64,000 nucleotides of DNA from Woeseiaceae bacterium (GTDB lineage: Bacteria; Pseudomonadota; Gammaproteobacteria; Steroidobacterales; Woeseiaceae): positions 2,963,847 to 3,027,846 of the forward strand of contig CBDCZL010000018.1 of the NCBI GenBank assembly GCA_965224505.1, in the 5' to 3' direction. Shown here piece by piece: positions 11,198-19,561 of the stretch. A program made the position numbers and the translations under genes. Position 1 is the stretch's first letter. Every line of letters begins with the position of its first letter. Under the pieces are notes generated by a model, which saw nothing but the letters and a program-made list of their open reading frames with translations, made no database searches and was not told the DNA's origin.

Positions 11198-11578
11198 TTA
11201 TAACAAAGCGACCCTCTCGGAGCGATGCTCAGAATGACAATAACGCCTGTGCTGCTTCACCGAACCCACATCGATACCTTCCAGCATGAGTTTCAGTGAC
11301 GTCACGTCCAGCGACAGTTTATCACCGCAGGCATCGTCCTTACGGAAATGAAACCGTCCCTGCTCGAGGCGTTTTGACCAGAGCGCATAACCGGACCGAT
11401 CGAAGTACAGTATCTTCAGGTAGCTCCGCTTGCGGTTGACGAACACGAACAGCTGGCCCGACAGCGGATCTTCTGACAACTGCTGCTTCACCAGCGCTGA
11501 CAAACCGTCGAACGACTTCCTCATATCAGTGGGCTCGGTATACAGCCGGATACGCACCTGGGACTCGGGAAAGAACAT
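11198..11578 (-). CDS. tnpB: IS66 Orf2-like protein (TnpB)
   Basis: 126 aa, with ...RIRLYTEPTDMRKSFDGLSALV...LFVFVNRKRSYLKILYFDRSGYALWSKRLE, typical of IS66 TnpB. ATGA overlap with the upstream ORF. Confidence 0.85.
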   Translation of the reverse strand: MFFPESQVRIRLYTEPTDMRKSFDGLSALVKQQLSEDPLSGQLFVFVNRKRSYLKILYFDRSGYALWSKRLEQGRFHFRKDDACGDKLSLDVTSLKLMLEGIDVGSVKQHRRYCHSEHRSERVALL

Positions 11579-11868
11579 CAGCGCAGCCTCAGCTTCAGGC
11601 CCGAAGGGAGTTCAAGCTCCACCTGCCACCAGGAATCATCCTGCGCGCTGAGCAACGACGTGACATCGAGAAGTGCCGAAGCCTGCGCACTACTCGGTCG
11701 AGCTCTCTCGCCTTTAAGCCGTTTGCGCCAGTAGCCAAAGGTACTGTACGCAACACCGTGCACCTCACAAAACTCACGCTGCGAAAGATCGCCTGCATCG
11801 TAGGCCGCCATCAACTCCAACCAGTCCGCTCGCCTCTTGCGCACGGACTTTCCCGTTACCTCACTCAT
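11578..11868 (-). CDS. tnpA: IS66 Orf1 (TnpA, HTH protein)
   Basis: The probable start is the internal Met (MSEVTGKSVRKRR...). It contains the HTH-like segment SQREFCEVHGVAYSTFGYWRKRL. Confidence 0.75.
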   Translation of the reverse strand: MSEVTGKSVRKRRADWLELMAAYDAGDLSQREFCEVHGVAYSTFGYWRKRLKGERARPSSAQASALLDVTSLLSAQDDSWWQVELELPSGLKLRLR

Positions 11869-11954
11869 CTGATTTGCTCCTGTGTAATCAACGGAGCGGA
11901 AAACGTAACCGGAAATCAAAAATGGGGGAATAACGGCCTACAATGGCCGCTTAC

Positions 11955-11962
11955 GTTCGAAA
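11955..11962. repeat. Target-site duplication GTTCGAAA (right copy)
   Basis: Identical to 9538..9545. Confidence 0.9.
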
Positions 11963-12574
11963 AGACAAAGCCGTCGATTTCGAGTTTCCTTTGCCGGAGT
12001 CGTTGTCCGGAGAAAGAGTGCCCCGCAGCATGAGAGTCACTGTTGCATGGTTCACGCCGGCAAGTACGGCGCGTGCCTGTTATCGGCTTTCTTCACTGGA
12101 GGCAATTGCACTAGACGCAAATGGCGACGTTGCCGATAGGCGATGGCTTTTGCGACTAAAAACCAAGAATCTTGCGACCACCATGTTGAAGAAGGGCAGC
12201 GTTTGGTCCTGTAGGCTTATTCAAGATACCGCGACGGTACCCGAGTATAGAGACGACACAACTTTGAAGATTCGCGTCCAGTGTTCTGACCCATCAAGTG
12301 GCGCGCTTGATCCGGATCTCGATATCCGGTTTGCTTTGGCGGCGAGTCTAGAAGTAGAGGCGGACGTTGAGTTCGATGTTCATCAAGAGATTCAAGCGCA
12401 AATTCGACTTCGACTTCAGGACCGTGGCTAGTGAGGCTGAATTATTCGGCACTCTGTGCTCTAACCGGTTTCAGTTATTAACAAACTATTTTGTCTTATT
12501 AACAATCTTTATTGTTCATTCACACGAACTTAACTCCGTCACTTTTCCCAAGGACGAAGCAGAGAAACTCCGTC

Positions 12575-12650
12575 ACTCTTTGGCGAACTGTTGCCGCAAA
12601 GCAACAATTCAATCTGGTAATGCTGCTGCGCGCCAAAAGCAGCCGCTCGA
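12575..12650 (-). repeat. Degenerate attC-like cassette-boundary repeat with no associated ORF
   Basis: Read on the minus strand, it has CGAGCGGCTGCTTTTGGCGCGCAG, resembling the 5' box of the family, followed by the hairpin GTTGC-TTTGCG-GCAAC. Confidence 0.25.
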
Positions 12651-12674
12651 GAACAGAATCTGATTGTCCGCTTA

Positions 12675-12783
12675 TGGTAGCGGGGGTTCGCTGCAAACGC
12701 TATCAAGCGCTGGTCACAGCCCTGGATATCGGGACCAGAAACCCGCTATTTTGAACGTCTGACATCGGCCAAAGCGGCTGTTC
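12675..12783 (-). repeat. attC-like repeat, subtype ending CCCCCGCTACCA
   Basis: About 64 nt aligns with 23329..23392 with about 9 mismatches. The 5' box contains the plus-strand GGCCA at 12767. Confidence 0.4.
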
Positions 12784-12837
12784 AATCAACCTTTCGGTTC
12801 TTACCTCGTATCTCCGTTCTCGGCCACAAGCCGCCGT
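12784..12837 (-). repeat. Short attC-like repeat directly after the stop of the LRR gene
   Basis: Minus strand: TGA-ACGGCGGCTTGTGGCCGAGAACGGAGA...AAAGGTTGATTGAAC. The AAC...GTT arms flank a short centre. Confidence 0.4.
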
Positions 12838-13851
12838 TCAGTTCGTCTTGGAATACTCACCAAATCCTTTTTCGTCCAAGGTTTTCCTCGCCCGCTCGTT
12901 CCATTTCTGACTACCTGAATAGATAGCGACTGTTTCCATCGACTTCGGCCAGTTCGCTTCTACGAGGCCGTCCAGATCGAGCTTTGTTCGCGAAGTTCGG
13001 AAGTGCCGAAGGCCTTTCAGGTCAAGCAGCCCATCAAGCCGGTCTAGGCTCTTGCAGTTGTGCAAGGAAACCTCTTCGGGCCTACTTCCAGCAAACGAGA
13101 TGCTCCGAAGCTGTATTTGATCCTCCACATGCAATCGGCGCAGATTCGGAAACCTCGATAGATCGCCGAGATCATTGAAACCCTTGACTCTCAGAACCTC
13201 TAACTCGCTCAAATTAGCGTGTTTAATTTCATCAATGTTTTCTCGGCCACCGAGAATTATTGTTAGCTTGTCTAAGTTCGGTATTTCATTGACGAACTCA
13301 AGCTTCTGCCTTTTCGCAATCGACCCCAAACTGAGCTTGGTGAGATTCTGGAGACGCGAGAGCACCACAATGTTCTTCAGGTGCCCGTTGAGAAAGAACT
13401 CATCTAGGTTGTCGCAAGTCTCCAATGGCGACAGGTCAAAGTTCTTCTTCTTGTTGTCTGACAATACGAGACGAGTTATTCGGGTCAAATCCAGCGTTGC
13501 CAAGAAACGCGGTGCGTCAAAGTGATAAACACCGAAAGAGAACTTCCGAAGATTTGGCATTCGCGCAATCGCGTCTTCGTTCTCGATGTGCATCAAACAA
13601 TCGACCGAAAGCCATTGCGCATCCGGCAGGTGCTTCAGGACAGAAGCGTCAAATGCGCCCGAATAGTGCCCATAGAATCGTACTTCTAGCTTGTCTCCGT
13701 ACTCTGAGCAAAACTGGTTGACTTTCTTCAGTAGACGCGGCGAATAACCGGGCTTCGAGAATTGTACGGTTGGATTGACGCCGCGACCTAGGACTTCGTC
13801 TAAGTGGTCGCGCGAGACCTTCTTGGGGTCTGTGATCCGGTTTTCTAGCAA
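12838..13851 (-). CDS. Leucine-rich-repeat protein (cassette-borne)
   Basis: 337 aa with a TTG start. It has repeated LxxLxLxx(N/C)xL-type units about 22-24 aa long (NLRKFSF, ITRLVLSDN, NLDEFFLNG, NLTKLSLGS, NLDKLTIIL, LSELEVLRV, NLRRLHVED...). No enzymatic domain was recognised. Confidence 0.6.
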   Translation of the reverse strand: MLENRITDPKKVSRDHLDEVLGRGVNPTVQFSKPGYSPRLLKKVNQFCSEYGDKLEVRFYGHYSGAFDASVLKHLPDAQWLSVDCLMHIENEDAIARMPNLRKFSFGVYHFDAPRFLATLDLTRITRLVLSDNKKKNFDLSPLETCDNLDEFFLNGHLKNIVVLSRLQNLTKLSLGSIAKRQKLEFVNEIPNLDKLTIILGGRENIDEIKHANLSELEVLRVKGFNDLGDLSRFPNLRRLHVEDQIQLRSISFAGSRPEEVSLHNCKSLDRLDGLLDLKGLRHFRTSRTKLDLDGLVEANWPKSMETVAIYSGSQKWNERARKTLDEKGFGEYSKTN

Positions 13852-13897
13852 AGTCGTGCCATCTTTGTCCGAGAGAGCGGCTTGGTTTCGAACGACC

Positions 13898-13985
13898 GCA
13901 ACGGGTCAGAGGACGAAACCGCTAACGCGGTAGTTGTCGCAATGATCTGAGTTCATCGAAAAATTAACAGTCAAGGCCTCCCCTG
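13898..13985 (-). repeat. attC-like repeat (3' half clear) upstream of the LRR gene
   Basis: The plus-strand 11-mer GCAACGGGTCA at 13898 is identical to 17190..17200 and differs at one position from 26057..26067. All three lie 26-47 nt upstream of a minus-strand start codon. Confidence 0.3.
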
Positions 13986-14037
13986 TGTTGAGCTTGTGGT
14001 TACCACACGCAGCAAACAACAACACAGGAGAGGACCC

Positions 14038-14928
14038 ATGACCAAGAACAAGTCTATCAGCCCGTTGCGCCGACGACTGCTCGATGACATGCGGATGCGT
14101 AAATTAAAGCCCAAGACCCGGTCCGGCTATCTGCGTGCCGTTATTCGGCTGACGCGCTTTCTGGGCCGTTCACCGGACACCGCAAGTGCTGAGGATCTTC
14201 GGGATTTCCAACTGCACCTGGTCGATGCTGGGGTGACGGCACCGACCCTCAACAGCATGATTACCGCGCTGAAGTTCTTCTACGGCACCACGCTCGGCAC
14301 CCCGGAGGTGGTGGCGCTGATGAGCCCTTTGCCACAGCCCGAGCGCCTGCCGGCGGTATTGAGTGTCGAGGAAGTGGCGGAGCTTCTGGCCTGTGCACCG
14401 AACCTCAAGGCGCAGACGGCCTTGTCGGTGGCCTACGGCGCAGGTCTTCGCAGCTCCGAGGTGGTCAGGCTCAAGACCACCGACATCGACTCCGATCGCA
14501 TGGTGATCCGCATCGACCAGGGCAAGGGGGCGAAAGACCGCACCGCTATGCTGTCGCCGGCCGTCCTGCAGCAACTGAGGACCTGGTACCGCACCGCCCG
14601 GGCCAGGCAGCAGGTACGCCCGGGCAGCTGGCTGTTCCCCGGCCAGGGGGGCAGGCATTTATCGCCCCGGCAGCTCAACCGGCTGTTCCACCAGGCAGCC
14701 GATGCCGCCGGTATCAACAGGCGCGTGTGCCTGCACACCCTCAGGCACTCCTTTGCAACCCATCTGCTGGAGAAGAACACCGACATCCGGGTGATCCAGA
14801 TGCTGCTGGGCCACAAGAAGCTCGAGACCACGGCCCGTTACAGCCATGTGGCCAGCAAGACCCTGCTTAAAGTCGAGGGTCCGCTGGATCGCCTGCCGCT
14901 GGGGGCGAGCCGGCCACAGGCCCGCTGA
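14038..14928 (+). CDS. Tyrosine recombinase / integrase (IS91-associated type)
   Basis: The ATG at 14038 gives MTKNKSISPLRRR.... The catalytic region contains GLRSSEVVRL, HTLRHSFATHLL and LLGHKKLETTARYSHV. Confidence 0.85.
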   Translation: MTKNKSISPLRRRLLDDMRMRKLKPKTRSGYLRAVIRLTRFLGRSPDTASAEDLRDFQLHLVDAGVTAPTLNSMITALKFFYGTTLGTPEVVALMSPLPQPERLPAVLSVEEVAELLACAPNLKAQTALSVAYGAGLRSSEVVRLKTTDIDSDRMVIRIDQGKGAKDRTAMLSPAVLQQLRTWYRTARARQQVRPGSWLFPGQGGRHLSPRQLNRLFHQAADAAGINRRVCLHTLRHSFATHLLEKNTDIRVIQMLLGHKKLETTARYSHVASKTLLKVEGPLDRLPLGASRPQAR

Positions 14929-14950
14929 GAACCTCGCTTCGTAGCTGCGT

Positions 14951-16147
14951 ATGTCGCGGCCTCCTTTGGAGGTCGCCGACATCGTCCGTGCCCGGGGACT
15001 TGAGTATCGGGCCGCCCATCGTGGCCACTTAAGCCTCGGGCAGCTCAAGGTACTGTCGGCGATCGAGCGCTGCCGAACGGCGGAACTCGGCGGCCACAGG
15101 TTGCACTGCAAGCGGTGCGACACGGACACGCTCGCCTATAACTCCTGTCGTAACCGCCATTGCCCCAGGTGCCAGGCCTCGGCCGCCGAACGCTGGCTCA
15201 AGGCACAGGAGGCCAACATCCTGCCGGTGCCGTACTTCCACGTGGTCTTTACCCTGCCCGAAGAGCTTCGTTCTATCGCCTACCAGAACAAGGCACGGGT
15301 CTACGATCTCCTGTTCAAAACGGCATCAAGGACCCTGCTCAGGATCGCCGCCGATAACAAGCACCTCGGGGCCGAGGTGGGCCTCACTGCCGTGCTGCAC
15401 ACCTGGGGATCGTCGCTCACCCATCATCCGCACCTGCACTGCATCGTCACCGGTGGCGGCTTGAGTGAGGACGGCAGATGCTGGATCCGATCACGGCCCA
15501 ACTTCCTGGTGCCCGTCAAGGTGCTGGCCCGGCTGTTCCGGCGCTACTTCCTCGAGGCGCTCATCAAGGCACACGGCAAAGGCGACCTCCGGTTCTTCGG
15601 CAAACTCGATCATCTCAACGACACCGATAACTTCGCTGGCAACCTAGATCCGCTCAGGAAGATCGACTGGGTGGTCTATGCCAAGCGGCCCTTCGCAGGC
15701 CCTGAGGCCGTGCTCACCTACCTGTCCCGGTACACCCACCGCATCGCCATCGCCAACCGCAGGCTGGTCGCCTTCGACGAGCGGGGGGTCACGTTCCGTT
15801 ACAAGGACTACCGCAGCAAAAAAGCCAATCCCTGGAAATCCATGACGCTGAACACCGACGAGTTCCTGCGCCGCTTCCTGCTGCATGTCCTGCCACCGGG
15901 CTTTCATCGCATCCGCCATTACGGCCTGCTGGCCAATGCCAGGCGACAACACAAACTGAAGATCGCCAGAACCTTGCTGCGGTGCCAGGCCAAAGATGAG
16001 AGGGAGCCTGCGGATCTAAAGGACAAGGAGGCTCAGGAACAATCGCCGACCTTCACCTGCCGACACTGCGGTGAACCGCTCATCGTCGTCGAGATCCTTG
16101 TGCCCCAGAATAATGCCCGGGCGCCCCCGCAACGGCATGCCGCATGA
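14951..16147 (+). CDS. IS91-family (rolling-circle, HUH/Y2) transposase
   Basis: N-terminal zinc-binding region CKRCDTDTLAYNSCRNRHCPRCQ, the HUH-like motif HTWGSSLTHHPHLHCIV, and a Tyr motif YLSRYTHRIAI. Confidence 0.85.
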   Translation: MSRPPLEVADIVRARGLEYRAAHRGHLSLGQLKVLSAIERCRTAELGGHRLHCKRCDTDTLAYNSCRNRHCPRCQASAAERWLKAQEANILPVPYFHVVFTLPEELRSIAYQNKARVYDLLFKTASRTLLRIAADNKHLGAEVGLTAVLHTWGSSLTHHPHLHCIVTGGGLSEDGRCWIRSRPNFLVPVKVLARLFRRYFLEALIKAHGKGDLRFFGKLDHLNDTDNFAGNLDPLRKIDWVVYAKRPFAGPEAVLTYLSRYTHRIAIANRRLVAFDERGVTFRYKDYRSKKANPWKSMTLNTDEFLRRFLLHVLPPGFHRIRHYGLLANARRQHKLKIARTLLRCQAKDEREPADLKDKEAQEQSPTFTCRHCGEPLIVVEILVPQNNARAPPQRHAA

Positions 16148-16516
16148 ACCGATACAAACGAAACCCGATGATCAAAATGAGCGCCGTCAACTTACGGCGG
16201 CAACGGGCTGCTTGCGGCTTGTCTCACCGACGGAAAAGATCGGGTCGCTTGCCGCGACTACCAACGCAAAAAATACACCGGCCGAGCGACGATTATCAGA
16301 ACGTCGGCATTGAATATCCCGCTATCAAATACGAAAAGATGCAGACCCTGGACCCGGCACTACGATCAAATCCCCATAGCCCGAAACATCATCGCACCCA
16401 GACCATTCAACGCTGCGGTTTCCTCCCCTGGGTCTTGTCCGTCGCCTGCTCCTGATACGACGACATCACCGACCACACCACCGAGCGCGCCTCCGATCCG
16501 CATCACCGCGTACGCA

Positions 16517-16702
16517 GGCAACTGACAACACTTAACAACAGCGGAGATTGTAACGCATTCCAGGCCACTGGCAGCTTTGTTATGCATAGGAGTCGTTCGA
16601 AGGCCTACCCAGCAAAATCCGATTTTGGAATTCCGCGTTTTTTGAAAGCGGTCGTCAGATCGCCGCCGTGGAAAACTTCGCTTCTCGGCCAAAACCAGCC
16701 GG
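16517..16702 (-). repeat. attC-like cassette-boundary repeat
   Basis: Minus strand: TGA-CCGGCTGGTTTTGGCCGAGAAGCGAAG ... GAATGCGTTACAATCTCCGCTGTTGTTAAGTGTTGTCAGTTGCC. The plus-strand 19-mer at 16542..16560 matches 26072..26090 with 2 mismatches. Confidence 0.45.
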
Positions 16703-17161
16703 TCACTTCGCAAGTTTCCTAAGCACTTCGAGCACATCTGGGCGAGATTGACGCTGGCTTTTTATGCCGATACTGGCAAGGTCCAACTCGCACGAAACCC
16801 AACTTAAATCTGCCCGAAATGGAGAATTGACATCGAGGTATCCCTCGATCTTGAAAACGACTCCCTCTAGATCATCAAAGCTAAGACGATCATCTTCAAT
16901 TCGCCGCAAGACCTCCGCCACCAGTAGCCGGAAATCGTCATCACTGGGTTTGTCTTGCACTAGGTCCAAGCGATCAAGTCGAGCAAGACCTGCTTCGTCT
17001 CCTAAAGAAATAGTCGTCAAAAAATACGGAGGATTCGGCAGTGTCCGGATCATCTCATCGGCCCATGCCACTAGTTCTTCTTGGGAAAGTAAACCGACCT
17101 TCGCAGCGAATAGATTGGCTCTCGCCAGCTCTCGAATTTCCGATTCGGTCGGATTCTCCAC
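16703..17161 (-). CDS. Acidic hypothetical protein (cassette-borne)
   Basis: 152 aa with a GTG start. It is flanked on both sides by attC-like repeats, and no family was recognised. Confidence 0.5.
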   Translation of the reverse strand: MENPTESEIRELARANLFAAKVGLLSQEELVAWADEMIRTLPNPPYFLTTISLGDEAGLARLDRLDLVQDKPSDDDFRLLVAEVLRRIEDDRLSFDDLEGVVFKIEGYLDVNSPFRADLSWVSCELDLASIGIKSQRQSRPDVLEVLRKLAK

Positions 17162-17189
17162 AGCACATCCTTGATCTATTCGAGTGGCT

Positions 17190-17300
17190 GCAACGGGTCA
17201 CGAACCGTAGTTCGGTAAAAGAAAAATCATACCATTTGAATGGTCGGTTTTCGCTGTTTAGCCGCCGTTGGAGCGGCAATTATCGGCCCTCAAGAATTCT
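17190..17300 (-). repeat. attC-like repeat
   Basis: The 3' box is GCAACGGGTCA (plus strand, 17190..17200). The 5' part AACGGCGGCT (minus strand) is shared with 12784..12837. Confidence 0.35.
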
Positions 17301-17311
17301 GGGAGCTATTT

Positions 17312-17938
17312 GTGTTTCGAAACAAGAAAGAGCCGGAAGAACGTATTCCCTGGAACAAGGGAAAGCTTATCGGGCAAAAAGTGCCGTTTACAAGGCAGGA
17401 AATCTGGGCCATCCGGATGCGTCTGCAGACGATCGGACATCGTCGGGATCTCGCGCTGTTTAACCTGGCGATCGACAGCAAGCTCCGAGGCTGTGACTTG
17501 GTCCGACTGCGTGTATCCGATGTTGCCAGCGGTGGCGAGATACTGTCCCGCGCCACTGTTCGACAGCGCAAAACGAAGCGGCCCGTTCGATTCGAGATCA
17601 CGGAGCGGACCCGAAAGTCTATCGAAGAATGGATTACCGCCGCGCAGCTAGCGGATAGCGATTACCTGTTTCCGAGTCGAGTGAAGCGCTCGCCATACCT
17701 GTCGACACGGCAATATGCGCGCATCGTTAATGACTGGGTACGGGCTATTGGCCTGGACCCGAGCGCGTATGGAACGCACTCACTGCGACGAACCAAGGCG
17801 ACGTTGATCTATCGCCGCACGAAAAATCTCCGAGCCGTCCAGCTGTTGCTCGGGCACACCAATCTCGATAGCACTGTGCGCTACCTAGGTATCGAGATTG
17901 ATGACGCCCTGGAGATGTCCGAGCAGATCGACGTGTGA
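17312..17938 (+). CDS. Short tyrosine recombinase / integrase
   Basis: ORF 17240..17938, with a probable GTG start at 17312 just beyond the repeat. Motifs: LRGCDLVRLRVSDV, THSLRRTKATLIY and LLGHTNLDSTVRYLG. Confidence 0.75.
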   Translation: MFRNKKEPEERIPWNKGKLIGQKVPFTRQEIWAIRMRLQTIGHRRDLALFNLAIDSKLRGCDLVRLRVSDVASGGEILSRATVRQRKTKRPVRFEITERTRKSIEEWITAAQLADSDYLFPSRVKRSPYLSTRQYARIVNDWVRAIGLDPSAYGTHSLRRTKATLIYRRTKNLRAVQLLLGHTNLDSTVRYLGIEIDDALEMSEQIDV

Positions 17939-18498
17939 ATCGAGTCGAGCGCCCTCCGCGGCGCTCGGCTTGATGAGCCGTCCTGGCAGGTGGTTGATCG
18001 AATGCGCGTCATTGCTGGGCCCCTTGGGCACAGTAATGACGCGCGGCGCCAGCCCCGAAACCACGCCGCATGTCGTCACGATTTTCCGACGACAGGCGAA
18101 TGACGCCGCCGTAATCTGCACCGACTGAATTGAGAGCGCGCCGTCCGCTATACGACGGCAACCGTGCTGGCCAGGGCTCGATCTACAGCACCGGGGACGT
18201 TTCCCTGAGAGCCCATCTTCAACGCAGGTGGTTGCACTGCATGTTACTCAAAGGAGGTAAACACATTGGCAATCGTCATTTTCGCTCCCTCCGGGAGCAA
18301 AGCTGGAGCGCACCGATCCAGATCTGATTCATCAGAGAACCGGTGTGGCCTGTGACCAGGCCCTGTTCAGGTCATGTGGGAGTGGTGTCCCAGGATCGAT
18401 ACTCATCCTCTAGCGGATGTCCTTGTTTGACTCCGGTCGGCAAGTGATCAGAAACACTCACCGAACATGAAAATGAACCCAAGTGAGGTCCAACACCA

Positions 18499-19365
18499 GT
18501 GAGACGCCTGAACTACCAGCTGAAACAACTGTGTAAGAACAACCGGGATGGGAGCTACGGCACCCAGGTGCAACGCGAGCGCGTACTGACGCTGATTGCC
18601 AATCAGCTCCACGACCTGGGCTTTCGACGCATGTACGCGAGGTCCTTGCGTCCGAAGCACGTCGAGGCCCTGGTGAAGCACTGGTTAGAGACCAGGGCCG
18701 CTGTCGGCACCATCAAGAACCGCATGACGGCCATACGTTGGTGGGCCGCCAAGGTCGGTAAGCAAAATGCGGTGGCACGCTCAAACGATCACTATGGGAT
18801 ACCGCGCCGGCAATACGCGAACGGCGCTAACCGTGCGATCGACTTGGACAAGCACAAGCTCGCCCTCATCAGCGACCCATACGTGAGGATGAGCCTCGAG
18901 CTGCAGCGCGTGTTCGGTCTCCGGCGAGAGGAAGCCATCAAGATCCGTCCGGTTGTCGCCGACAAAGGGGATGTTCTTTGGCTCAAGCCCAGCTGGACGA
19001 AGGGCGGCCGGGCTCGCGAGATCCCGATCCGCATCGAGGCGCAACGGGCAGTCCTGGACCAAGCCAGGTCACTTGCCGGTAAGGGCTCGCTCATCCCCGC
19101 CGAGAAGACCTACAAGCAGCAGAAGAACCGCTACGAGGGGCTATGTATTCGCGCAAGCCTTTGCAAGATGCATGGCCTCAGGCACGCCTATGCGCAACAG
19201 CGTTTTGAGGAAATCACAGGCTTCCCGGCGCCCCTCGCAGGAGGTCCAAATCGTGCTGACCTCACGATTGATCAGCGCGCGCTCGACCAGAAAGCGCGCG
19301 CCGTAATCTCCGCAGAGCTCGGGCACGAACGCGAGCAGATCACCGTGACTTACCTGGGGCGATGA
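18499..19365 (+). CDS. Integrase-domain protein (tyrosine recombinase with an N-terminal SAM-like domain)
   Basis: 288 aa. Motifs: GLRREEAIKIRP, HGLRHAYAQQRF and ELGHEREQITVTYLGR. Confidence 0.7.
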   Translation: MRRLNYQLKQLCKNNRDGSYGTQVQRERVLTLIANQLHDLGFRRMYARSLRPKHVEALVKHWLETRAAVGTIKNRMTAIRWWAAKVGKQNAVARSNDHYGIPRRQYANGANRAIDLDKHKLALISDPYVRMSLELQRVFGLRREEAIKIRPVVADKGDVLWLKPSWTKGGRAREIPIRIEAQRAVLDQARSLAGKGSLIPAEKTYKQQKNRYEGLCIRASLCKMHGLRHAYAQQRFEEITGFPAPLAGGPNRADLTIDQRALDQKARAVISAELGHEREQITVTYLGR

Positions 19366-19561
19366 GCAGCGGCCGATCAACATCACCTCGAGTCTCCAGA
19401 AGCACATATTTGGAGCCTGCCCCACAACGGGGTAATAATCGGCGGAGTGCGTCCGAAGGGGACAAGCCCGACCGACGGATCGTAGCGCTTGTCAAACTGC
19501 TAGCCCGGCTCGCGGCGGAACAGGATTTCCAAGACGAGCCGAATGAACGGTAACGATACAC

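Larger units (their letters stand above)
9546..11954 (-). mobile_element. IS66-family insertion sequence (2409 bp) with three ORFs
   Basis: Imperfect terminal inverted repeats: GTAACCGGCCATTCTGCACCGTTATT... at 9546, and GTAAGCGGCCATTGTAGGCCGTTATT... as the reverse complement ending at 11954. It has the typical tnpA-tnpB-tnpC organisation and an 8-bp TSD. Confidence 0.92.
7399..12431 (+). pseudogene. ietS: IetS-like subtilase (S8) peptidase gene interrupted by an IS66-family element
   Basis: The N-terminal fragment 7399..9549 (716 aa) carries a subtilase-like triad context (VLFDGTP, RYHATSMAS, ARGTSCAAA). Its stop codon, TAA at 9547-9549, lies inside the IS inverted repeat. The C-terminal fragment resumes at 11963 in the frame of ORF 11943..12431. 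Removing 9546..11962 restores one 871-codon ORF (...LGDVRKDKAVDFEF...). Confidence 0.8.
13990..16516 (+). mobile_element. IS91-family element carrying an accessory tyrosine recombinase (ends not resolved)
   Basis: The integrase and Y2/HUH transposase genes lie in tandem, and the module sits between two attC-like repeats. IS91-type elements lack inverted repeats, so the stated ends are only the flanking repeat edges. Confidence 0.4.

Noticed and set aside
12475-12505. Two direct copies of TTATTAACAA spaced 21 nt apart, next to a GTTAAGT motif on the minus strand: an attI-like integrase-binding arrangement?
   Set aside because: It lies at the distal (3') end of the cassette orientation, where attI is not expected. 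No integrase gene adjoins it. The region is simply AT-rich, so short repeats are easily produced by chance.
12675-12740. tRNA-like appearance of TGGTAGCGGGGGTTCG (reverse complement ...CCCCCGCTACCA), and likewise GTGGGTTCGATTC at 4754.
   Set aside because: When laid out as acceptor, T-arm and T-loop, the T-stem halves do not pair (GTTCG / CGCTA). No anticodon or D arm can be built. No complete tRNA or tmRNA gene is present anywhere in the window.
17940-18498. Short minus-strand ORF fragments between the two integrase genes (for example 17885..18121) that could be a decayed enzyme gene.
   Set aside because: The frames are broken by multiple stops and I could not recognise any family. It is noted only as probable degraded sequence.
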